A stretch of DNA of 64,000 nucleotides from Podarcis filfolensis (lineage: Eukaryota). The stretch lies in the NCBI GenBank assembly GCA_964270895.1, contig OZ185437.1; one strand, given 5' to 3'. Position numbers and translations under genes: made by a program. Shown here piece by piece: positions 16,592 to 27,766 of the stretch. Below the pieces are notes generated by a model, which worked only from the letters and a program-made list of their open reading frames with translations, was not told the origin of the DNA and did no database searches. Position 1 is the first letter of the stretch, and the number at the start of each line of letters is the position of its first letter.

Positions 16592-17225
16592 CAGGGGTGA
16601 TTAACTCCCAAGAGACTGCAATCTACTTTCAAAATTAAAATCTGGCAGTGATCTACCCCCATTTTTTAGGGGTTCAGGTCAAAGTTGTTGAGCTTTGGGA
16701 GGGAAGATGCCCTATTTAGTGACTTCTTTGCAGCTCTCATGAAGAAGGGAGGAACAGAAGCAGCAGCCACTAACCTTACGATCGCTGGCCATATAACAGC
16801 CTCTGTTTCTCCTTTCCCTTTCCCTTCCTCCCCCACAACAAACACTCTGTGAGGTGAGTGGGGCTGAGAGACTTCAAAGAAGTGTGACTGGCCCAAGGTC
16901 ACCCAGCAGCTGCATGTGGAGGAGCGGAGACGCGAACCCGGTTCCCCAGATTACGAGACTACCGCTCTTAACCACTACACCACACTGGCTCTCGGGAAGG
17001 GAAAGGAGAATGTTAGCCGCTTTGAGACTCCTTAAAAAGGGAGTGAAAGGCGGGATATCAAATCCAAACTCTTCTTCTTCTTCTTCTGTTTCTAAACTCC
17101 GGCTTCCCTTCTGTAAAAGTAGAGGCCGGCGCAGGGGGTGGGGCCGGAAGGGGGCCAGCGATTGACCGTGATCTACCAAAACCTTGCAGGGATAAACCAG
17201 TAGATCGCGATCAACGTGTTGTACA
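16592..17225. mobile_element. hAT-like non-autonomous element with degraded right end, hosting a SINE
   Basis: Starts CAGGGGTG after gtctaaac (nTCTAAAn-type target); repeated GATCTAC/GTAGATC subterminal motifs on both sides of the SINE. Confidence 0.5.
16811..17084 (+). mobile_element. tRNA-derived SINE (Squam3-like, L2-type tail) with inverted 5' part
   Basis: 16811-16993 is the reverse complement of the head (A box TGGTGTAGTGG, B box GGTTCGCGTC); 16994-17084 is the forward 3' end with (TTC)n tail; 9-bp TSD TCTGTTTCT at 16802-16810 and 17085-17093. Confidence 0.85.
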
Positions 17226-17468
17226 TTGGTTCAGCAGTTGTTCTGCTAGCTTTTAAATATTTGTTGCGTCAAAAAATGGAATGTAGACATTTGGTGCATT
17301 GCAGATAAAGTTAATTGTATGGTACCCTCTTGCTTTGAACAATATATTGGTTTGCTATCTTATAGATTCTTTTAAAAAGTAAAGTGACTCTAGATTCCTA
17401 ATTTAGTTTGATGGAGCACCTTATTTTTATTGAGAGGTCCTTTTGGAGCTCTTCAAAATATCTTATCA

Positions 17469-17507
<39 letters not shown>

Positions 17508-18402
17508 GTTATTATCTTTTTTGTTTTAACAAGTGTGAACAATTTAGTATCTTCAGCAAACTTGGCCACCCCATTGCTCACCCCTAATTCTAGGCCGTTT
17601 ATGAACAGTAGCTGGATACAACTCGCAGCACTTCAAAGTGTTTAACTTTGGCTGGATCATGCCCTAAGAAAATACATAAGCTAAAAAAGTATATCAAAAT
17701 TGTATGCATAATGAGAAAATATAAGCTGTGTTTTCAGTGTTCAGAACTGTGGCTAGGATTTCCAAATTATGTTTAAAACTCACCTCAGTGCCCACAACCA
17801 CATGAAAAACCAGACTTGAATAGCAGAATTCTACTGAGCTACTCTAATGATCCTGGCCCCGCACGAGAAACCTGAGTGAGTTATCAATGTCAACAAACCT
17901 CTGCTGGAGTTACAGTTTTTAATGTGCTGTTTAGTTATACCTTATTTGCTATAATACACAACAAAGATAATGTTCTATTAAAAATATACAGAAGAAAACA
18001 TTTCTTAACCAGAATTGTTTAAAGAGCAGATTGGATTTGACAGTGAATTGTAAAATGTAGATTTGGTTTTACAGATGAAGGTTGAATGAATACGGGTGTT
18101 GTAAAGAAAACAGTATTTTTCGGTTTAGCAGAATGACTATAGTCTTACCATGCATTTGGCTCATCATGACAATGAGTCTAATTGAACGAAGGCCTTGTTT
18201 TACTCAAGATCCATTGTACTTTCATACTGTATTATTTCTTAAAATAGTAAAAGATGGCAGATCAGATTGTTTAGGCAGGTTGTTGCTTTTGCACAAGCAG
18301 TATTTTGTCAAGAGAACTGATCCTAAGGGCCTTTCCACACATTTTACAAGGCATTCATCACACACTGGCAGAGCCTAGGAGCCATTTTGATACAAACTTG
18401 TA

Positions 18403-18644
18403 CAGTGGTACCTCGGGTTACATACGCTTCAGGTTACATGCGCTTCAGGTTACAGACTCTGCTAACCCAGAAATATTACCCCAGGTTAAGAACTTTGCTT
18501 CAGGATGAGAACAGAAATTGTGCTCCAGTGGTGCGGCGGCAGCAGGAGGCCCCATTAGCTAAAGTGGTGCTTCAGGTTAAGAACAGTTTCAGGTTAAGAA
18601 CAGACTTCCAGAACAAATTAAGTTCTTAACCCGAGGTACCACTG
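18403..18644. mobile_element. Tc1/pogo-type MITE (opposite orientation to 2006-2222)
   Basis: TA|CAGTGGTACCTCGGGTTA ... TAACCCGAGGTACCACTG|TA. Confidence 0.92.
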
Positions 18645-21600
18645 TAATACCCCTCAGTACCACAATCTTCTACCATTCATACAATAGTTTTGAAAGAAAA
18701 GATTCAATTATGTCATGGTCCACACTGAGGCTATGCTACCAAATCCCAGAACGTACCCCCCCCTTTGCATTTTTAAAAAATCCTGTCAATGTTTTGGCTT
18801 TCTTTCTTAACCAATTAAAAAAACACATAATGATTTCCCTTTTCTTTTGCAAATTCACTCTCAGTAGACAAAACAACTGGGGGCTTAAGTATTGCAGATA
18901 TTAATATTGTGCAGCATGAAGCAGCTGAATGACCCCAAACTGACTCCTATTGCAATAAATCGTTGTGCAGACCCATAAGTTTTAGACAAAGCTTAGTTTG
19001 CATAACTTTCTTCGAAACAGAACAAAAAACAGTAAATGGTACATCCAAACAGTTCCATAAGCTCATGTGCATGTCCAGCACAGGCTCAGCATATTAAAAA
19101 TAACTTTAAACAAGACTGAGATCAAATCTCTGTCTTTCCCCAGTTCCAGCCTCCATTACAGCCTGAGGATGTGTTCTCCTGGAGTGAGTCATTTTCAGAT
19201 CCTTCTCCCATGCAGCCTGAAAACAAAAGACCAAAAGTAATTCCCTTCAAAATACTACAGGCGAGAGTCCAGAAAATAAGACTTATAGAATGACTATGGC
19301 TCTGTAGAAGGAATCAAATAGAATTAGTCGTGCACATAGGAGCCAACTTTCCCTAATAAAATATTTGAGGAGGCTGCCCCTCCCCAAGTTGGTGAGCATT
19401 GCCACTCAAATGGTGTGTGTGTGCCATGTCTTGTGATTATGTGGGGTGAGGTTTACTTGCCCCCTCCATGTTTTATTCAAGTGGGCACTCCTGGTTGTGC
19501 ATGTGCTTTTGCACTGCCCATGATATTAGACCATTCTTTCTAAGTTTATTAATCAATTGTTAGTCGGGAGTAGAATTCAGACAAATGTAAGATAGCCTTC
19601 TTTATGTTTACACTAGACGAGGGTAAGATGGAATTAGTAGCCAGGTTTCTGCAACACACAATGAGGATTCGTGAATGTTAACTTAAGTGTCAGATGCAGG
19701 ATTTTAATAAGCAATTTTATTGTACTGAACCCTACTGGAATCTTGTATATATGCCAATAAAGGTTTGAGAGAACATTCAGGCATTCTCCATTTCAGAGCG
19801 AATTAAACAATTATAATTAACATTAACTAGGAAATCTTTTTGGCTCCGCCCCACCCCAGCTGGCTTTTGGGAGCTTGGGAACTTCTGCATAAAATGGCAA
19901 CAAGCAGGATTTGCCACTTCTGGGGAGTCACTTTTCTACCTGCCCCACACATGATGCCAGTGTAGGGCAGATGGGCATACTTTGCGGCAAATGGTGTTGT
20001 AGGCCAAATGTCAAGGTGCATATTGGGATCATGGCACTTGGGATTCTCCATCACTACAGTCCTGATGAAAGTAAGCTCCCAGCTGCTAAGAGCATCTGAC
20101 ACTTCCACCAGGATTGCATCACAGAGTTGAATGGGATAACTCCTGTGTGTCATAGTCATGATCTGGATTTGGGGGAGGGGACCTCCACAGCTGTTATTTT
20201 AAAAGTAAAAGTACACATTGAATGTGTTTTCTAGTTTAACCCTAAGAAAGATGGGAGAATAGAAGGGAGAAATCAGCTGTGAGGAGTAAAAAAGCAAAAT
20301 AAAAACAGATTGAATAGAAGTTCCATTGATATAATTAACCTGGAATGTTGTTTCAATCACTGCGAATTAACATCACCAATCTTTTTTGCTTGTGGCAGGT
20401 AAGATTAAACTCCATAGATTATAAAATAAGCACCACTGCTGTAAACACTCTTTCAAGGAGAAGAAAAACATCTTTACTCTTTAGCTACCAAGTTTTTACC
20501 AACAAGGTGGATGAAATCTGTCAAGAGTATAACTGACCAGCATTACCTAATCTTTTGACACTTCCATAATGTGCTCCTTTAAAACTTCAGCACAATGCAG
20601 TTGAAAGATACTCAGCAGCATTTAAAAACATATGGATTTTCCGAATTCAGAATTGCTTCATTTAAGTGTTTGGATTATTATTATTTTTTGAGAGAGAGCC
20701 ATGTTTTTTGTTTGGACATTAAAATATTGCTAACAAACACTGAATTCTGGAACCATAATTTGTATGCTGGTGTACATGCCACTTTAGCAAAAGCTTAAAT
20801 CCAAAATTTTAAAAACACTGAATATTTAACTTCAACACAACCTGAAACTGTTAGCTTTAATGCACACTTACTATGACAAGAGGCAAAAGGTGGAAGCAGA
20901 ATTATGATATGCGACTCTGTGTTCAAACACCTTCCCACCCTCAGTGCCGATAATGCCAAGCGTATGCTTAGAAATGTGTGCACACTTCTAGGTGATGCGT
21001 GAAGTTTTGAACGCTACATACACCCTTATTCTGTGCACAGTTTGCACCCAAAATTTCCTGCGCACAGAATGCCTTTGCTGAATCAAAGCAAAATACTGAA
21101 TAATATGACCCTGGTAATGTGAAATTCCAAATTCAAGCTTAAAATTCACTGGGCTGCACAATGGAAATTTCTAATCCAGCTCCTCCCCACACACCTCAGA
21201 CTCTGTTCCAGAGGATAAGAGGACCCTCCCCCAGAACAGGGCATGCAGGGAGAGGAGAGCGGTGCATGAGTGAAACTCTATGAACACAGCATTGGATACC
21301 CCCCCCAATAGTTTTGCGTTGCAGTTTTTTAGCTCAGCGTTTGTTTCAGATTGACCTTCGCTCCCTGCTGAAGAAGTTGTGTGATGAGCCCATTTTGAAT
21401 TACCTCCTTATCATTCATGCCACTTTACTAAACTCCCTAGTTCTTCTGCCTTGTACTTTTTGCTGATACTGTAATTCAGTGTGCGGCTCTCAACGGTGCT
21501 CAAAGTAGCAGGTGAGAAGGTTAAATAAGCTTCCTGATCTTTGCCCTTCCGCTGCTGCAACTAAAAATTTGGGGAGTGTTCAGCTTCTGGACAGTTTATT

Positions 21601-22544
21601 TCATTATTAAGATGAAATTGTTAGTTCTCACTGCAGGATGTTCTTAGAAGTAGAAACTATTTCCGTCCAATTACAAGTTTTTCTGTTAACTGTGAACTTA
21701 ATACTTAATTGTAATTGCTAGCAAAATATAATTTAACCATAAAGTATGCTGAATTGGTAACAAAGTGCCCTTTTTACTTGAGCAGGAATATGGATGTGGA
21801 CCAAACTGTGTCTGCATGGTTCCAATTAAGGGGAGGAATGCTTTATGTAAAGCTCCACTTGATGAATATAACTGAAGTCTCTGACAAGCTAATAAATTGG
21901 AGTTTAGAATACAGTACTGTATACCGTACAGTTACAGCGGTGACACCTACTTTGGGTCATCAATTTTGGTCAAGCCTTCCTGTTCATTTAAACTAAAATA
22001 ATAATGTGTGGGTAACTCAGTTTTTTTTGCCAGCTGTAAACATGGAATGGAATCTAGCGCAGACCCCGTTCAAATAAGCCAAAGGGTTTGCCGAGCCATT
22101 TTTCAATTTCCATGCTAGGACGTTAAAGAAACTTAAACAAAGTTTATTAAATAGCAAGTAACCCATTAACCAACATACCCAAATGTTTATGAATTGGTAC
22201 AGAGGGTCTCCTATTTTACCAAGACAACTGTTGTCTATTTGTAAGGCAGTTCTCTGTTTATAAAGGTGCCCTCTTTTGGACTGCCCAGTTTAAATATACA
22301 GAACCATAAGAAGGGAGAGCATTTGAGAAGATTCCTAGGCAACTCTTCATTGGACAAAATGACCACAGGGCAGTTTCGAAGCATTATATATAAAACACCA
22401 TATAGCATAAAGAAATGGTCGTCATTAGTACCAATCATCACTCAAAAGAGCAGCATAAAATAAACTTGAAACCTTGGACCGTCACAACCAATTTCCTCCA
22501 AAATCCTGGAAGAAATAGGTCTGTTTTAACTTGGCAGTGTAATG

Positions 22545-23470
22545 CCAGAAAAGATGTTGCCATTCGTGCCTCAGGGCTGAAGGCTGAGGGAGGAGAATTC
22601 CACAGTCAGGGGTGCAACAAAAGAGAATGACTGTGGCGTTTGTCCTCCTAGGTTGGTCATAAGGAAAGGGTTAAATGAGTGTGAAGTGGTTGGCCAGTGG
22701 GAACCCAAGGGGAGGAGTTAGAGTTGGAGTTGTTGGGAAGTCAGTTGGGAGTTGGATAAGGAAGAGGGAGGATAAGTCTGTGGGTTGGTCGAGTTGTGTT
22801 GTGAGAGAGTGAGAGAAACTGTTAGGAGAAGTCAGATAGACAGTTGGGATAACCAGTTAGAAGTTATTAGGAAGGTATAGGCCAGTAAAAAAACTAAGAT
22901 TAAGAAACTGACAAGAAAAATTATCTGAAACCATAAACTTGTTAATGCTTATAAAATAAACTTGCTTATTTGATTTAATATTAACAACTGTCTGGACTCT
23001 GTGTGTACCTGAGAGAAACGGGTTGGTGGCAGCGGGGAAGCAATCACAGTGGTGGCACAGGGATCAATAGACCGTCAAACGTCTGGGGACCTTGTGTGAT
23101 CGCCACAATGACCTTCTTCGCTGACCATAGGTTTAAGATATAGGAGGAAGTACTTTGAAAAGCAACTGAGCCCTGGGCCATTTATGGCCATAAAGATCAA
23201 CACTAATGTCTTATATTCAGCCTGGTAACATATAGGCAGGCAGCTGGTGGAGATCCCACACAATGGGTTTAGTATGACTGCATGTTAAAGGACCGGGCAG
23301 CACTCTGGCAGCAGCGTTTGATAACTTCGGGACCATCTTTAAGGGAAGCTCCACACAACATGCATTACAACAATCCAGCTTCAAGGTTGCAAGAGCATGA
23401 ACCACAGTGGCAAATTTCCCATCTTCGCTTAGCTTCTGGGCAACAACCTGAGCATGCACACAGGTTACAG
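22545..23470 (-). mobile_element. L2 LINE fragment split by a solo LTR
   Basis: Minus-strand translation VVHALATLKLDCCNACCVELPLKMVPKLSNAAARVL resembles L2 ORF2 HALVTSRLDYCN..LPLK; L2-like sequence continues on the other side of the LTR. Confidence 0.8.
22632..23107 (+). mobile_element. Solo LTR (476 bp)
   Basis: TG...CA ends with 7-bp inverted termini TGTGGCG/CGCCACA, 5-bp TSD ATGAC on both sides, internal AATAAA near 22955. Confidence 0.88.
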
Positions 23471-23810
23471 TCTTCCCCACTGTGGTGTGAGGTATTTTAC
23501 TTCTGTTTAAATTACAGGAACGATTTCTCAAGTCACATCTATAGCTATAAATTCATATATGCATATTTTGAAGGAACGTGTTTCTCTTTTGTTGTGCATG
23601 TGCACAACACCCACCTGCCCTTTTTTTGACGATGTGCGAGTGGGCCTGGGCACCTTGATCCAGGCAGAGCTCAGCAAGGTCAGTCTATTCTCTGCTGCTG
23701 CACAGGCCCCAGCCTCAATATCAGAGGAAAAGGGAGACCTGCTGGCAAATTCACTGAGCAAAATGTAAAAGTAGGAATTGTAAAACAGATGCTTTGTGAC
23801 CAAAATTAGT

Positions 23811-23812
<2 letters not shown>

Positions 23813-23846
<34 letters not shown>
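23813..23846. repeat. (AG)n microsatellite
   Basis: Pure AG run. Confidence 0.95.
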
Positions 23847-23849
<3 letters not shown>

Positions 23850-26677
23850 TTTACCTGAGCAAACTATAAAGAAGTCTCCCTTCCCTTGACCTACGGGGAC
23901 TTTGAGGGCAACCTTTCATGGCTAATGTTGTTTGGGCAACTCAACATCAGATGTGCTTATTGCCCTCTTTTAGCTTCCAGAGCCTGAATGTCATCTTCAC
24001 CAGGATCTGTTACCGTCAGCGCTCATTTATCCATTATTGGAACCTAAATGCACTTTTGCTGTCGCTCTTCCCCCGCCCTGCTCTGTTGGCTTGGTAGATG
24101 CAAAAGTCCTCTAATCAGGTCATTGTACTAATAAAAGAAGCATAGCACTAAACGGTTTGCAGGGAATTTTTGAGGGGGATTCATGTCAGATGGAAGCTTC
24201 TAGGGCACATTGTTCTCTCTCCCTCAGCACCTTGATGAACTCACGGCCAGAAGCCCAGAATAGAGCCAATCTATCGAGGGTATTTTAGATTTCTCTCAGC
24301 TTCAGCAGAATTTCGTCAAGGACATTCCTGTCATGTTCCAAGGCACACTTGCTGTACTTGGCTTTCTGCACAGGGTGTAGCTGGAGGAACTGACTGTCTG
24401 TCATGGCACACTGCTGATGTTGGGAAGGGAACCAGGCAGCCGCTGTTTTTCCCTTCACTTCCTCACTTCCCTTTCTTTCCTGATCCTTCCCACCTTGTGC
24501 TGCATTGTATGGTCTTTCTCATCCTTTCTTTTTTAGCAGCCAGACTGGCCCACTTGCTGCTGGGCTTAAAATATTGTGGACTAATGAATTTTCACTTCTT
24601 CCAAAGACTCCAGTCTAGGCCTTTATCAGCTGTGTGACAGGCAAAAATTCAACAGGTGTAGCTCATTCCATCACCACATCCCTGTGCTAGGAAATATTGC
24701 GCCTGCTGAATGCTTGCCAGTCTTGAAACCATTAAAGCTGTAGAATTTTTGGGCATTTCCAGGCAACCTGTTTATCGAACATTTGTACCAATTTGTTGGC
24801 AGGGAGGTTACATGATGTTGCACCAAAGCTTGGTGTTATGCCACACTTTTCTCAATATCACAGAAAGTCTGTCCCTTGGGGGAAGTGGGTTTGTTGCTAT
24901 AGTAGCGCAGCACTGAATTTGCCATTGTGTCGTTTAATCCCACCTTAAAATAGCAACAATCTGAAAGCGCCCTTTGTCTGGAGAAAAAGTAGTGACATTA
25001 TAGATTAAGAGTGGAAATGTGGAATAGGAAATGTGATGGAGGATTGAACTGGCATATACATTTGTGATTCTTGCTTCACCGAGGCCCTGGAATCTACTTC
25101 CATGAGACAAGAATGGCGAAAGTAGACCTGAAGACCTTCATATGTCTAAGGCATGTAACAAACTCCTGAAAGCCATTAAGAAAAACTACAATGCAGCAAC
25201 TTCTGGAAGGGGAAAACAATTTTGAGCATAGGAGCTGTGTTTATGTGTGAGAGTGCTTAGCCCTCCCATCACTGACTTTTTAAAAAATGCCAATAAATAA
25301 CCCTTGCCAGTCTTCAAATTATGGTGGGGGTGGGGGTGGGGATGGGGGACCCTAGGGATGCCTTGCACTTACCATCCCCCAAAAGGAGATTCATCACCCC
25401 CTCCCCCAAAAGGACAAGCGAGAACCCTGGTTTGCATAATATTTGCTTGTGTTAATTTATATAGGCAGTCCTTACCTTAGCCTCCCATCAGCTGCCTTCT
25501 TCATTTACAAGCATAGCCCTCCCCACTGGGCAGCTGTCTGCTTATACATAAAAACAAAAAAACCAACCAACCAACCCACATTCATACAGCACCAGCTGCC
25601 TCCAAGATACACAGGGTAGCACCACATGTCCAAATCTGAGGATGCCACCAGAATGGGATGGTTTAATTCATCCAGAAAAGAAGACTGACTTAAGTAATCA
25701 TTTAAGCAAATTTACCATGTTGTAAATCATGCGTTTCCTAAGCAAGAGTGCATATTTATCTGTTGTCCTAGCAATTAAAACCTATTCAGTCACAACTAAA
25801 GAAAACTTTCCTTCTCCCTAAGAGCATAATCTAAAACCTCTGTTTATGAACCCTTATATCTTCCACATGACACAAAGATATCTGCTTAGAGGCACAATTT
25901 TGAATTTATTTATTTTTTTTACTGTGTATATGTACATGATATTTAGCTAGATGCCTAGTGATATCTCCTTTTTGGTCTGCAGCTGCCTCTCTTCCATCAA
26001 AACAAAAGCGTAGTGAGGATGGGAACAATCTTGTTTAATGCTACAATATGAATGAATTTAAATGTTACTGCAAATGATGCTACTGTGTGATGCTGATCAC
26101 ACACAGAGAATGTAAGTTTTTCTGCAGAAAGCTCTTAGGCTTCTTTCGTCCTGGCCTGTGGAATGGCCCCTGTAGAAACATTTAAAACTAGTCACTTAAT
26201 AATGCAGAATATAGCACAGTGGGAAACAATCATAAGCTGGCATAGCGAGGAACAAAATAACCTCGTAAATCTTTTCCATCCATTGTTTTCATTATTTCAT
26301 ATCTGGGCCTTCCTCTGGCAAATAGCTGCCAACTAGGCATGGGATTTTGTGACATGTCAAAGCTCTTTTATTCCTGTGACCTTGGCAGCCTTGCAGTGTG
26401 AACCAAGGAGAGCTGAGATTCATGAGGTGGTATTTTGTAGAGGTCTCCTAAATGGGCTATGATTTAACTTTTGCATTTAATTTCTGCAGGACAAGCACCT
26501 GATACATATACAGGGAATGAAAAACACTTGCATATTCTGGTATGTCTTTTATGTAATAAATGGCAAAGGGATTCTTTGTGCATTCAAACATCCCCCCTGC
26601 CCCGGCACTAGTTTATATAAATTTTGCATTCATTTTCCTATTTCCTATTATTTTAATGATTGTCCTAAGACAATAGG

Positions 26678-26975
26678 TAAAGGTAAAGGTACCCCTGATT
26701 CTGGGGTTGCGGCGCTCATCTCGCTTTACTGGCTGAGGAAGCCGGTGTACAGCTTCCGGGTCATGTGGCTGGCATGACTAAGCAGTGCACGGAAATGCCG
26801 TTTACCTTCCCACCGGAGCGGTACCTATTTATCTACTTGCACTTTGATGTGCTTTCGAACTACTAGGTTGGCAGGAGCAGGGACCGAGCAACGGGAGCTC
26901 ACCCTGTCACGGGGATTCGAACCGCTGACCTTCTGATCGGCTCTGTGGTTTAACCCACAGTGCCACCCGTGTCCC
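26678..26975 (-). mobile_element. Sauria SINE
   Basis: ACCTTT tail, B box GGTTCGAATCC on the minus strand, 14-bp TSD CCTAAGACAATAGG. Confidence 0.95.
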
Positions 26976-27168
26976 CCTAAGACAATAGGAGTAGGATATT
27001 CTAGTAGCAGGATTGAAAGCCAGTTCACAAGAAATGGAGACTGCATTTGAAATGCTCCCCATAGGCTTCTGTTTGCATGCAAATGAGGATGGAAATACAT
27101 CTGTGCCCAGTATCATATGCGTAGACCTCTAGGTGTCTCATACTAGCTAATGATTAAAGCCTCTATAT

Positions 27169-27766
27169 CAGGGATGAAGAATCTGTTGTTCTCCAGATGT
27201 TGCTGGACTACAGTTGTCAAAAATCCTGACTCTGGCCATTGCAGATGGGGCTGATAGGAGTTGGAGTCTAATGACATCTAGAGGGCCGCACTCAGGGCCA
27301 GATTTAGGTTTGCTGAGGCCCTAAGCTACTGAAGGTAATGGGGCCCTTTATATGTCAAGCTGTCCTTTGTCAACAAAAAATTGTCGCTGTTTTTTATTGT
27401 TGAATATATGCTATACGGTAATTTATGGACCTAATAGGTATCTAAAGCCATTTGCACATAACAAAATAGGTATTTTTATCAAAGTACCTGTTGAACTGAA
27501 ATACAATTGTGAAATAATTATTAAGCTCTAACTTAAAATGATTGGGGGCCCATGACTTACATCATAGGAGCCTACACAACACAAGACACTGCTGCTCTAT
27601 GTAGGTTTATTTTATTTGTTTTTTATCTTATATTTTGGAAATGTACACCCAGGTGGGTTTTTTTCCTTTAATTTTTTTGGGGCCCCCAAGAGGGTGGGGC
27701 CCTAAGCTGTAACTTGTTTAGCTTATACGCAAATCTGGCACTGGCCACACTGGTTGCCCACCTCTG
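27169..27766. mobile_element. Old hAT MITE containing a nested hAT-type element (27293-27743)
   Basis: Outer ends CAGGGATG.../...GGTTGCCCACCTCTG with TSD ctctatat/ctgtatac; inner TIR CAGGGCCAGATTT/AAATCTGGCACTG with TSD gccgcact/gccacact. Confidence 0.75.

Noticed and set aside
25326-25348. G-quadruplex motif G5TG5TG4ATG5
   Set aside because: Real motif but a simple repeat with no functional context.
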